Part shown: piece after piece, positions 11,784 to 24,003 of the stretch
How the letters are laid out: every line of letters begins with the position of its first letter
Numbering within the stretch: the stretch's first letter is position 1
Origin: Diadema antillarum
Lineage: Eukaryota
Reading direction: 5' to 3'
Length of the DNA stretch: 64,000 nt
Assembly (NCBI RefSeq): GCF_040938485.1
Contig: NW_027271081.1
Location: 4,588,001-4,652,000, forward strand
Notes under the pieces: generated by a model
What the model was told of the DNA's origin: nothing
Seen by the model: only the letters and a program-made list of their open reading frames with translations
Database searches by the model: none
Program-made: the position numbers and the translations under genes

Positions 11784-12242
11784 AATTTGCCGTTGTCGGC
11801 CGGTTTGCGGTGAGGGGAAAATTACTATCCACAAAATTATTGGAACGAGGTTCCTCAATTCTTTCCAAAACTATTCCAAATGGCGGTTAGGCGTCAGTGG
11901 CGGATCTTTTGCTGGCCACCAAACTTGCGCAATACGTATGTATGTACATGACGAAGCGTGTTCGCCAAAGAAAATCTAAAAAGCTGTAACAAGTCATACC
12001 ACTGAGCAGAGAGGTGTCTCTCCCCACCTCCCTGCCCTGAGACAATTCGTTCTCAAAAACAGCTCAGGCATCGAAATAAAAAACAGGGTAGTATAAAGGA
12101 AAAGGCTTGGAGCAACTATAGATACTCAAAGCTGTTTATACATGTTTTATTCCTGCCTACGGTCTACGCATATATTTTAAAGTAATAATTATGTTAAACA
12201 AGGTTTTAATCATCAGTGGCACAATTATAGCTTTGCCATTTT

Positions 12243-12910
12243 GACCCCGTTTACAGTGAGCGAAAGGGCGAGCCCGGCCCGGCGGTACCAAAACCGGCCG
12301 CGCATTTGGCCAATCTCTGGAGGTAGTCTCGGCCGCGGCTCGGCCGCGGCCGAGCCCGGCCTTTTCTTACTGTGAGCGCAAACTGGGCCAAATGCGGTAC
12401 CAAATTGCGACCGGCGCGCTCCCAATAATAGTCGTTTGTTTCCCAGTTGTAAACCGTCGCGTTTTCACGTCGTCACGTCCACGTCGCATAAGGTCATCGT
12501 CACGTCACGTTGCATCGTCGTGTCAAGTCACGTTAACTTTGTCGTAGAAGAACCTTCGATGTGAAGCTACGTCACATCACATCGTAACTGTCAATCAAAG
12601 TTTATACTGTAGCAGCATCGTTGTTATTTGTGTATGATCATCGGATCGTCGTTTGACGCTGAATAACAATAATCTAAGTTCAGCGAAATTATGTGCGCTG
12701 ACTGATTATTGTTGTTGATGCGTTTGCACAGTAATTAACCCCGGAGTTCCGATTTCTTTACAAGCAGAGCGCCACCGCGAAAAAAATTGAAAAGTTTGAA
12801 TTAAAATGCCGAGCCAGGCACTATAAACGGACAAATTTGTGGGACTGAGTACCGCAAATGAGGCCGGGCTCGGCCGCGGCTCGGCCCGGTCATGCACTGT
12901 AAACGGGGTC
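12243..12910. mobile_element. MITE, Harbinger-like termini
   Basis: TIR gaccccgtttacagtg...cactgtaaacggggtc, with GC-rich subterminal ccgagcccggcc/ggccgggctcgg repeats. TSD not clean. Confidence 0.75.
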
Positions 12911-13302
12911 ATAGGTTACACCTGTTCTCTCTTTCGCTGCCTCTCTCCTGCTCTTTCTCTCTCTCACCCTCTCTCTCTCTCTCTCTCTCTTCCTCAATCT
13001 TCACATGAATGTCATGGCTTGTTTTTGCTCTGTGACTTACTAATAATTGGCACTAAATGCGCATTGCTTTGCGGCATTAACAATACCACAATAAGTAAAT
13101 ACGAAATGATTCTTTAATGTGACATTTCTGGTGTCTAATGGTCCGCGTCGATGACTTCTTTGATACGAAACAATGTGGAAACCTGAGGGATCGCAAAACT
13201 GGGTATTCCCAACAGCTTTGATATAGCTTTGGCCTTTGGCATTCATAACAAACTCCTGGATCTTTGCCATTTAGAGAAAAATAACACAAACGGAAATGCG
13301 TT

Positions 13303-13312
13303 GGGATTTCCC
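13303..13312 (+). promoter_or_regulatory. NF-kB/Rel consensus site upstream of TRIM-A
   Basis: GGGATTTCCC matches GGGRNNYYCC, 170 nt upstream of the ATG. A near-site GGGTATTCCC is at 13201. Confidence 0.6.
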
Positions 13313-13472
13313 TTGGCAATAAAAGGGTAATGCTTCCATTCCCACTGGAAAGGATTTTGTGAAACATTGATGGCACAAATGAAGACAGCCAGCGGCTGAA
13401 TCTTTCTGATCAAAGGCAAGGGGAGAGAGAACAGAACATGTTCTTATCTGTGCGTCAAATGTTTCAGCCAAG

Positions 13473-14624
13473 ATGGATTCATTTGTAGATCATTTGACGT
13501 GTCCAGTGTGTCGCGACATGATAACGGACTCGAGACAGCTGCCATGCGGTCATTCCTTTTGTTACGCCTGCATACAAGCCATTATATCAAACAGGCGTCA
13601 GTCACGCCAGGGGGAAATGGAGTGCCCGTATTGCCGATATAGGACAAGTATTGACAATCTGGAGATGACGCTTAAACCAAACTACATGGTGAATAACGTA
13701 ACGAATGCCATCAAATCTCGACGTAAGAACATGTGTGATCAACATCCTACAAGTAAAAGGGACTATTACTGTGAGCAGTGTGAAGTTCTGGTGTGCAGTC
13801 ACTGCGCCGTTCGAGATCACTGTGACCATGGAAAATCGCTACTGACACTCGATGAAATGGTTGGGATCATTACAGCGCAAAAGAAATCCTTGATTGTTAA
13901 CGGTAGAGAGCAGGAAATTAAACATGCTGAATATAGACGTTCCCTGCGGAATATCTGGTCAGAGGGTGAGCAAGAGTTCCAGCGATTGGAAGACGAAGTC
14001 ATGGCTGAGTACGACATCCTTAAGAAGCAGTTGAAGAAGCAGAAGGACCAACTTGTTTCCGTCATCGTAACCATGAGGTCGAAATTTCAGGAAAGGGTTG
14101 GCTCAGCGTTGTCTGCGGACGAAGAGCTCATGTTACGTGTGTCGGAGTCTCTTCACATAGCTAGAGATGACCTGAGGACCAGCAGTCCCTCTGATATTGT
14201 CTCCTTATTCCAGAAATTGGCCAGTAATGACCTAGTTCACAAAGTACCCAGCACCAGGGAAAAAGAAGAGGCACTGGATAGGATCAAGAATCTGCACTTG
14301 CAAATGAACGCTCAGTCTGAGAGAAGGACCTTTGGAATTGGTTCCATCGGACACCGCGAATCAAACAATCTGCAGCAGCAGCAACAACAAAGCAATGGCA
14401 TTTGCGGGAAAATCGACGGGGCGGACAATCAACTTGATGACGGACCTCATTTTAGGGCTAAAAAATGGATAAGCGGAAAACTCCGTGAAATGAATCCTCA
14501 AATAATTTTCGAAAGCGTCGGTACCTGTCTGACATATTTTACTAATTTTATTGATTTCATGGTGATGAAACTATTACTTTTCATCTACGTCACATGTGTC
14601 GCTTACTATTGGCTCAATGCTTAA
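13473..14624 (+). CDS. TRIM E3 ubiquitin ligase (RING, B-box2, coiled coil, C-terminal hydrophobic tail), 383 aa (TRIM-A)
   Basis: C3HC4 RING CPVC..LPCGHSFCYAC..CPYC; B-box CDQH..CEQC..CSHC..H..H; long coiled coil; terminal FMVMKLLLFIYVTCVAYYWL. Possible splice acceptor tttcag 5 nt before the ATG. Confidence 0.92.
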   Translation: MDSFVDHLTCPVCRDMITDSRQLPCGHSFCYACIQAIISNRRQSRQGEMECPYCRYRTSIDNLEMTLKPNYMVNNVTNAIKSRRKNMCDQHPTSKRDYYCEQCEVLVCSHCAVRDHCDHGKSLLTLDEMVGIITAQKKSLIVNGREQEIKHAEYRRSLRNIWSEGEQEFQRLEDEVMAEYDILKKQLKKQKDQLVSVIVTMRSKFQERVGSALSADEELMLRVSESLHIARDDLRTSSPSDIVSLFQKLASNDLVHKVPSTREKEEALDRIKNLHLQMNAQSERRTFGIGSIGHRESNNLQQQQQQSNGICGKIDGADNQLDDGPHFRAKKWISGKLREMNPQIIFESVGTCLTYFTNFIDFMVMKLLLFIYVTCVAYYWLNA

Positions 14625-16139
14625 AGCGTCATAGGGCAAAAATGCATAACAAAAAAAAAAACCACACAAAACAGCAAAGTAATCTTACGAAACTGTAATT
14701 CGAATGTCCTGATTATCTTGACTTTCTGTGTCAATTATGATATCTTTTTTATACAAACCAATGGGAAAGTTGTAAAACAATGACTAATACACCTGATACA
14801 TACAAGTGACTTTATTGCTGGTTTTGTCGAGGCGGCCGATGATATGAAAGTTGTCTCTTTTTTTTATAGTTTTAATACTACGAAGATAACTCTGATTCTA
14901 TTTCTACAGACGGGACTGTAAAATTGCACGCCCTTATTGACTTCAGCATCTCTGGGTTAGCACATCCCATAACATCGTAAACTTCTCATCTTGTGGAGTG
15001 TATATAAGGGTATTAAGGATTTAGTTTTGGAGGTTCAAAACGAGGCTTGCTGAAAATGTTCTTACAACATGAATCATCTTGACTTCTAAAAGAAATGAGA
15101 ATGACTGGTGGAAATTACCTGCAATATAGGGAGAGTGATAGCCTTTTTGTGGAGCCTGACTCAGGTGTGAGTGATTGCACATGATAATGACCACGAAAAG
15201 TGCATGTGGGGTGTTTAAGCTGCATGCTTGCTGTCACTAGTGGTTCGTGGTATATTCTTTGAATAGAATATTGTGCATCGTTGATGATCAAGTGGACGTG
15301 AAAAACATAGAAGCAACAGCGCCTAACATAATATGGCTGATATTCAACTGCCACACAATGTACACTGCCAGTTTTAATAGTCATTGTTAACTGGCAGTAC
15401 ATTGACTCTTACCTATGGTGTTTTTCCAGAAAGTAACGCTTGATAGTTTAGCCCAGCTGCAGGATGGTTTCACTGAAGTGGACTGGTATGAAGGATATGA
15501 TACTGAGGATCGAAACGATATCTGTGATTTATTAACGAGTACATCGATTTCCCTTTTGGATAGGTATGTTCAATTAGTTTGAAAAATATGGTAATTACTA
15601 AAGACCCCCTAGGCTCACATGAATATGCAAGTCCTTGTTGCGATAAAGTAAGCAAAAAAAAAACACAAACAAACAACAACAACAACAACAACAATGATTT
15701 GTATTATGTAGATAGAATTGAATATACTGAAGACTACCATTATAAATATATTTCATATAAGAATGTTCTTACTAAAATATCACGTTGTGAAAAAAAAATA
15801 TTTCACTGATCAGATTTCTTGTTTTAAACATGACACCCGAAACATTTAAAATGCTATTCATAAATTAATAAAGCCAAGAAGTGACCGGTATCGTTATGAT
15901 TAGACAAAGTGAGTTTCTATTGAATGATGATACCTCAATAGCTATACACGTAGTATTTTTAACCAATATTTTTCGGAAATGTGGGAAACCATCTTGCCAA
16001 AAATATTTCCCGGACCAATAAGAAGTTTTTTTTTTTTTAATTTCTTACAAACCTCTACTCCTATTTCTCTTTTGTTTGTTTGGTTTTTTTTTTTTTTTGC
16101 TTGCACTTTACGAGTTCGAAACCCGCTAATCATAGATAT

Positions 16140-17167
16140 TAAAGATTAAGATAGATTAATTGTTGATCCATTGGTACACGTATCTAATTTGTCTCTAAGT
16201 AATGGTATTGTCCATGAGGCTATGTAACTATCTAAGGTTGTTCCAGTTTGTCACAAAGGGGATAGAGAATATATTTGTAATTATAGACTAATATTTCTGT
16301 TACCTACTATCTCAAAAGTACTTGAAAAGTTGTTTGTTCTTATAGACTTTTGAATTTTGTTACCATGCATGATTTTATTTCTGACAAGCAATTCAATTTT
16401 CGGCAAATCACTGTACATGTAAATTTCACGCAGTCATTGCCTTCCTTGATAAAGTCTCAAAAGCTATTGATCATTTTTATCATGCTATATGCAGTGATAG
16501 GTGTATTCCTGGACATTTTCAAGGCCGGTTCGTTACCATAGACCAGAACAAGCTTCTTTACAAATACTCCCATTATGATATTCGAAGACTGCCTTGGAGT
16601 GGTTGAGGAGTTATCTTACTAATTGCAAACAATTTGTATATAGCATCGTCATACAGCTATCAATGCAGGATATCCACTTGTGGTGTACCTCACGGAAGCT
16701 TACATTGACCCTTTTATTTGTTCCTTATATCGATGATATCAAAAATTCATCAAACATCCTTTCTCTTTTATTATAAGCTAATGATTTGAATGTGTTTCCT
16801 TCTAACTGCGATCCTGATATGTCGATTGATACTTTTGGTATTGAATGAATATAATCAATTCAATGGATAAGAGGGAATAGATTTGCAATAAATCTTTTAA
16901 AACTAAATATTAAATTAATTCACTTAATTTAAGTAATTCTTACAGTTAAAGAAGTGCCTTCAATCAAATTTTTAGCTTTTGATTCTTGCTGATTTACACG
17001 TTGATTCAAATTGCCGCATTATTTCTTGAAATGTGTGTGTCATTAACAAAGTTTAATTTTGTTCGCAACAAAAGTTCTTCTGATATTATATTTCACTTCT
17101 GATTTTGCCCTACCTGAATTATGGTAAAATTCCCTGAGGTGACACATATTTAGAAATAATATTATAT

Positions 17168-17203
<36 letters not shown>

Positions 17204-18135
17204 CCTTTTCGTATTGTTCATAATGAATCATGGAGATGCCATACAAATGTCATATTTCACGAAAATATGATTCTAAAGTTCAATGTCTTCTACCGTGTAG
17301 ATTCAGGACAAGTTACGTACAAACTAACAAATCATTCTCTTCCCTTCCCATTGTGTTTGATTCCATGCTTATCAAAAACAAAACCTACATTCATGTCATA
17401 AGAAGGCAATCTATTGAATTTCACCTGGTATATTGCCTAGGACCATTTTTTACAAAAACTATATTCTTTTTCGCAGACACCACATTTTGGAATTTTCTTG
17501 ATAATAGCATAAAAAACTTGAAGTTTTAACGTTTTTTCTTTTAGATTAAGCATTTTCAATATTCCCTTATCACGGGGAAATGATTTTTGAAAGAAGTAAA
17601 TTTGCATCATTATGCATACTTTCTTTTCATTTATTTTCCTTGATTCATCCGAATAACACAGTCTCCTTTTATACCTCGGTGAGCTCGGTCTCATGTGCGT
17701 TGTTATTGACCCTTAATTGACACTTTTTCCTGTGTGCATTTTAATCATGCTTGGAGCATTTTCTGTTTATTCATTTAATGGGTATCGTCTTTGTAAGAGA
17801 TTTTGTGTATATTTATGTGTTCGGTTGTGAGCATGCTGTGATCTTTTTGTTGTTTTCTTTTACCTGTCTTACCCCTTTCTTTCAGAAAATCTGCCTTATA
17901 GTCACGTTTGCCCATTATTATTAGTTATTGCTCATGACGGGTCTGTATTTTACAAGATAGGCTTTTCAACAGTTCCCTCCATTTCCAACAACTTTTCTTT
18001 AATACAATGAAATCACTGATAGCTTATTATGACTGTATTTTCTTAGCAGCATTGATTTCATATGTATATGCAATTGTTATATTGTACTTCAGACTTTTGT
18101 TGAAAATAAAATAAAATGAAATGAAATGAAAATGA
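16140..18135 (+). pseudogene. Degraded 5'-truncated L2/Crack LINE (RT remnant to 3' tail)
   Basis: Broken frames read KVVPVCHKGD..NYR..LLPTISKVLEK, VIGVFLDIFKA, LEWLRSYLTN and YIDD. AT-rich 3' UTR ends in an (aatga)n tail at ~18110-18135. Confidence 0.8.
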
Positions 18136-18341
18136 ATGACCTTGTTTCATTTCTTGTAGCATTGTTTCAACAATGCACAAAAATACATAATCATGGAAAA
18201 AAAATACCAGATCTGATTTAGCAAAAAGTAAGTATAACTAATAATCGTCGAACAGAATTCAGAAATAATGCCATTAAAACCATGTTGCCAATGGAATATT
18301 TCAAATCAAATTTCTATGTCAGACACAGAATCAATTCAATG

Positions 18342-18373
<32 letters not shown>

Positions 18374-18430
18374 TATAGACAAAAAAAAATTTTAATGGTT
18401 ACCTTGAAAGAATAAAGCGCTGTTCATGAT

Positions 18431-19299
18431 TTAAAGGACAAGTTCACCTTCATATACATTATGGGTTGAGTGAATGCAGCAACATTAGTAGAACGTCACA
18501 TCAGCGAAAGTTTGGGGGAAATCCGACAATCCGTTGAAAAGTTATGAATTTTTGAAGTTTCTGCTCAGTCATGGCTGGATGAAAAGACTACTATAGCTTG
18601 TGATGTCACATGTGTACAACGATATAAAGAAAGAATAAAGGAAATTCAACAAATTTCAATTTTTCTTGCATAACAAAAGAGCACTCGACTTCTCTCTTTC
18701 AGAAGGCAGGGGGAATAATATTACCCTTAACATACGTCAGTAACAAGTCGAAGGAATGTGCACTTAATTCGAAAAGTAAAGTTTTGTGAAATTCTCTGTT
18801 TATTTTCCTTATACTATTGTACGCATGTGACATCACAAACTGTAGTACTCTCTAAAAAAATCGAGTGAAAATATTCACTCCTAAAAGAGTGAACGCAAAA
18901 AAGAGTGAATTTAGAGTGAAATTGGAGTGAATTTTGAGTGAAAATGTTCATTTTCACTCGTTTTAGGGTGACCTCAGGGATCACTCAAAAATCTTCGAGT
19001 GATCCCTGAGGTCACTCCAAAATGAGTGAAAATTAACATTTTCACCCAAAATTCACTCTAATTTCACTCTAATTTCACTCTTTTTTGTATTCACTCTTTT
19101 AAGAGTGAATATTTTCACTCGATATTTTTAGAGAGTAGCCTTCTCATTCAGCGGTGACTGCGCAGATACATTTGTACTTAATAAAACTATAACTTTTGAA
19201 CGAATTGTCCTATTTTCCCCAAACTTTTGCTGATGTGTTCTACTAATAGTGTTGCCTTCACTCAATCCACATGTATATGAAGGTGAACTTGTCCTTTAA
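18431..19299. mobile_element. TTAA-flanked MITE (Kolobok-like termini) carrying a nested MITE
   Basis: TTAA|aggacaagttcaccttcatatacat...atgtatatgaaggtgaacttgtcct|TTAA. Colinear with the copy at 47060-47617 apart from the 288-bp insert. Confidence 0.9.
18848..19135. mobile_element. Nested palindromic MITE with internal gagtgaa repeats
   Basis: ctctctaaaaa...tttttagagag; the whole element is self-complementary and flanked by TA on both sides. It is absent from the 47060 copy. Confidence 0.9.
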
Positions 19300-20955
19300 G
19301 TTTGACGGATAATGACTTCCATACGTCAGAATCATGATGTCTAATTGATTTTTATGCTAACAAGGATCTAGGATTATTGAGATGAAAGTCCTAATGATCA
19401 TCTTGTGGTGTAAGAATGAATAATGAGTATTGTGTCGTCAGAATGACTTTCGGATGTCACAGTGGCTTTGTAACATTACGCAAAGTCGCCGTAGGAATGG
19501 GTAAGTAGCGCGCAATAAATGCTTCGTGATGTCACAATTGCTTTGTGACATCATTTCAGAAATAGTGCACTATTTTGAAAATGTCATCATAAACAGGGAC
19601 GTCATTTTCAAAATAGTTTGCCATAGAGTGTCAAACATGCTGTTATTTTGAAATAGCCTAAAATACATTAAAATTTGTAAGCTCTTTCAACCGTTCACAT
19701 TTACAGAGCAAAGTTTATATATATATATATATATATATAACAATGAATACATTGGTTAAGAGTTGTAGAGTGCAAGTATATAATTGCGATGCAAAGGCTC
19801 GAAACACAATCGCATGAATATTTCTACAATGTCTGATTTTTTGTCTTTGTCTGCTTTGTGACATCACATTAACAAAGTTTTAAACATGGACAAAGTGTGG
19901 GAAAGGGTATCTCACCATCCACAGTAAAAAAAAAAAAAAAAAATGATAATAATCAAAATTACAAAAGTATTTTCAAAAATGAGTATAGATTCACTTTGGG
20001 CACATTCAATTGATTTCATAGGTAAATACACAATTTACTTAATCCCCATAAAAACATCGAACATTTTACTTCACCTATAAGCAATGTCTATCATGGGGAC
20101 ACATTTTATTATCATTTTGTAACTGGATGATTGAAATCATAAACTTGATAGATATTCTATGTTGTGAAACAAGAGTCTCCTGAGAAAGAGACTAAACAAC
20201 GCAGCGATATGTTATAGGAATGCTGTTATTCAATTATACACTGCGACCTTTGTACCGGGAAATATAGGTGGAGGCACTGACGTTGTGATGTGGAGATCAC
20301 ACGAAAACTTGAACTGAGGGATGTTAAAGCACCTTTCACGATGATAACAATACACACTATGTAACGTGGTACGCCAGTATAGATTTGCGCGCATTATGGT
20401 GTGCGTGTGTGTTATCAAGATTTTAGTAACTCTGAAACGTTACATTTTCATCCGTAAAATACATAGCAGCTCCAGAACGCCTTTATACTTGTTTATAAAG
20501 TTTGTATACATTTCGATTAAATTGGTGTTGGAGCGGGCAGGTGGCTGGGAGAGCATGCATGGGCATTGATATTCTTGCTGACCCTCAAATCTCCGTCTTG
20601 TATGATGTATTGCACTGTCATGATAACAACGTAATAATAATTGATTTCATAGTGCGAAATATACCATTTTTGATCGATTCACAGGCATTTGAGGGGACAG
20701 TATTCCTTGTATACTAAATTGTTGTGTGTAATGATGTTCGTGTGTGCCAATATGTTCTGACCAACATTCACGTTTTCGAAGGTATAATTCATAAAAACAA
20801 GATTCTTGATTTGAATTTTCACCCTCATGACGAACCCTCAAGGCATTTCATAAGATAGATGCAACGACAACCACTCGTAGCTTAACTATACTCAAACTGC
20901 ATTAATTGAAACTTGCTACCCCTATAGCTATTTACACACATTAAGATTCCCGCGT

Positions 20956-20965
20956 GGGAATTCCC
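20956..20965 (+). promoter_or_regulatory. NF-kB/Rel consensus site upstream of TRIM-B
   Basis: GGGAATTCCC, 185 nt upstream of the ATG. Confidence 0.6.
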
Positions 20966-21140
20966 CCGTACATGGAGAGCGGTGTAATTTTATTGAGAGA
21001 CGGTTGAGGCAGATTTCACAGCAGCGGTCTTATGAATCATAGTGGTAAAAATTTCAGTCAGCCACTAAACGTTCGTCATCGAAAAAGAACTGAGACTGGT
21101 AGAAGCACATCTCGTCTGCGTTTCCTAATCTATAGACAAG

Positions 21141-22331
21141 ATGGCTTCATGCAAATTTGAAGAACATTTGGCCTGTCCAGTATGTCATGGCAGGATAGTG
21201 GACGCAAGAGATCTGCCGTGTGGTCATTCCTTCTGCAACACGTGCATCAATAACATTATATCCCATAGGCGACAATCGTGCCAGAAGAAAATGGAGTGTC
21301 CATATTGTCGAAATATCACAGAGATCGGCAAGCTGGAGAACACCCTGAAGCCAAACTACATGGTTAATAATATTCTTCATGCAATCAGCTCTTCACATGA
21401 GAACATGTGTGATCGACATCACAAAAGTGAAAGGAATTACTACTGCGAGCAGTGTGAGGTTCTGGTGTGCAGTCACTGTGTCATCAAAGACCACTCTACT
21501 CATGAAAAAGCGCCCAAGACACTAGAGGAAATGGTGGGGGTTATCGAAGATGAAATGGGTGTACTGATCATGCAAGGTGAAGAACAAGAAATCTTTCATA
21601 CCGAATACAGGAGTTCCCTGGGGAATATTTGGTCAGCGGGAGACCAAAAGTTCCAGCGACTGGAAGACGAGGTCATGGCGGAGTATAACATCCTCCAGAA
21701 GCAGTTAGACGAACAAAAGGAACGACTGCTTTCCTCGATCACAACCATGAAGTCAGACTTTCAGCAAGGGGTCGGGTCGGCGTTGTCTGCCAATGAAGAG
21801 CTTACGTTACGTGTGTCGGAGTCTCTTCGTACAGCCAGAGAAAAACTATCAAGCTGTGACCCTGTGGATCTCGTCTCCTCATTCAAGTCATGGGCTACAC
21901 AACTAAAGGCTGACCTCATATACGAGATCCCGCACACGAGAGAAGAACGAAAGGCACTGAACATGGTAAAGCTCCTTCACTTCCGAAAGCGCATGCAATC
22001 CCAGAGCTGCGCTCTCGAGATTGGTTCCGTTGAACATCGCGAGCCAAGCATCTTGAGGACGAAGCAGACAATGACACCGAAGAGGATATTATACGGGGCA
22101 CATAATGAAAATCGATCGGATTGCATGTCATGGAATCACCTGATGAATCCTCTGATGACGAAGAATCCTATACCTTTCAATGGACAATTTATGAACGATA
22201 ATTTTGATCACTGGATAGCTCACAAACGCTCTGATTATATATTGATTCGTTATTGTACTAAAACGCAGATACAAGTACTTGTTATGTGGTCGTGTAAGGA
22301 GTTACGAATGTTAAAGCAGTCATTTCATTAG
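21141..22331 (+). CDS. TRIM E3 ubiquitin ligase (RING, B-box2, coiled coil), 396 aa, paralogue of TRIM-A (TRIM-B)
   Basis: Same RING and B-box; shares LPCGHSFC, MECPYCR, TLKPNYMVNN, YYCEQCEVLVCSHC, FQRLEDEVMAEY and EELxLRVSESL with TRIM-A. Possible acceptor ctatag 5 nt before the ATG. C-terminus is unrelated to TRIM-A in this frame. Confidence 0.9.
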   Translation: MASCKFEEHLACPVCHGRIVDARDLPCGHSFCNTCINNIISHRRQSCQKKMECPYCRNITEIGKLENTLKPNYMVNNILHAISSSHENMCDRHHKSERNYYCEQCEVLVCSHCVIKDHSTHEKAPKTLEEMVGVIEDEMGVLIMQGEEQEIFHTEYRSSLGNIWSAGDQKFQRLEDEVMAEYNILQKQLDEQKERLLSSITTMKSDFQQGVGSALSANEELTLRVSESLRTAREKLSSCDPVDLVSSFKSWATQLKADLIYEIPHTREERKALNMVKLLHFRKRMQSQSCALEIGSVEHREPSILRTKQTMTPKRILYGAHNENRSDCMSWNHLMNPLMTKNPIPFNGQFMNDNFDHWIAHKRSDYILIRYCTKTQIQVLVMWSCKELRMLKQSFH

Positions 22332-23090
22332 AAACTATAGGAAATGCAGCTGGACACAATTGTCCTACATATATTATTATGAACTCTTCTTTGAAATCTT
22401 GAATTTAACGGATGCATTTATTTGCATTCATGGGCAGATTGTACTGACTGAATTGCCTCAAATATGTCAAACCATACTTATAAAGAAACATAGTCCACTC
22501 TCGCCCTATCGGACAGAGTATTGCATATGCCCTCCCAATACGTGAATCAATCATTTTTATATTCGTCTTGCTAGTGTTCTGTACGCGACGAGCTGCTATA
22601 CCGTTTCAAATTACGTAGCATAGCAAAAAGAAATACAATGTGCTCTTTTTTCTGTATGTGAGAATAGAGAAGGTAACAGAGTACTGACTGACTGACGTGA
22701 CTTGTGTTATTCGTGATGTTGTTTTATAAGTTTATAAGTTTTGCTTCCCAACGGCAGGCTAATGTTAACGCTGCTGACTAGATGTTTGGGGCTCTAGCGT
22801 CTAGTCATCAGTCAGTCTCTCCGACTACCGACATTCTGACCGAACACTATCGACTTTGTTCTCAGTAGCCGATTTAAACTGTGACTATCAATTCTAACTC
22901 TTCATTTTCAAATGGAATATAATCATGCTTCTCACAAACAGATTAATTTCAAATTGCTTGCCTGTGCGGATTCCGATCAGTACACTCAAAACATTTGTAA
23001 ATGTTGTGTTTAAAGTCACTTTACGTTTGTATTTCATTTTGTATATATCCAAGCTGGACTTTCTGTATTATTATATTTTGCTATATTCTA

Positions 23091-23779
23091 TGTGACCGTG
23101 CACCTCAAAACGAACACAAAGTCGCACACACTGATTTTGCGTAAGGACTGAAAATAAGTGAAATGGGTCAACCTAGCCGAACTTGACTTTTTCATATTTT
23201 CTGAAAGAGCGTGTCTTCTTTTACATTATGCTGAAATTTGGTAACATATTGGTAACATAAAACGCTCAGGAAAGTGTGCTTTTTTAGCGGTTTATCTCAA
23301 ACATTTTTGGTAGAATAGTGTGATTAGGTGTGTCTTTAGAATCCCTTTTTCATTTCTGAAAAACCTTGTCCACACTCTTCATTTTCAACTCTTAATAACT
23401 TTTGAAAGGATAGTGCTACTGCTTTGAAAGTTGGCATTAATTATGGACAGAATGTGTTAATGAGGCATGCTTAATTTCAATTTAATCTGATAATCCCTTC
23501 ATTGTTGTTACTCTTGTGGTTTACTTCCTGTTTTTTGTCCCATCATCTCACAGCCAGCACGGTTTGGTAAAGATTAAGCGCTTGAATAGACACTGTACTT
23601 CAGAGCCTCTTTTCTCAGTTCACCCTTTTCCTAAGTTTGTGCTTTCTTTCCAATATTTAGATAGGTTTGATTTGAGTTATACATCATATTAAAGCTTAAA
23701 GTCTGCTCTTTCAGAATATGGTCTTAACTAAAAATTTATGTCTGGCCACTTTTTGTTTGTTTTGAGGTGCAGGGTCACC
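23091..23779. mobile_element. TA-flanked non-autonomous DNA transposon (MITE)
   Basis: TA|tgtgaccgtgcacctcaaaac...gttttgaggtgcagggtcacc|TA. Confidence 0.85.
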
Positions 23780-23950
23780 TATGTACTTTCCATCGAGAAA
23801 TACGAAAATAAAATTGAAATTGAAATGAAATTGAACTGTATGTACTTATGCATCAAAATATCATCCTTATTGCAACTAATTGACTGATCGTAAATAAGCA
23901 CTGATCCGATCAGTGTTTAGTAGTAGCCGTCTGCTGTCATAACAAAATCA

Positions 23951-24003
23951 TTGGCGTACATACTCGGGCAAGATTCGAACTTACGACCTCCTGATTGCTA
24001 GAG
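23951..24003 (-). repeat. tRNA-derived SINE head fragment
   Basis: Minus strand reads tagcaatcaggaggtcgtaagttcgaatcttgcc, a B-box (GTTCGAAT). No complete cloverleaf. Confidence 0.5.
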
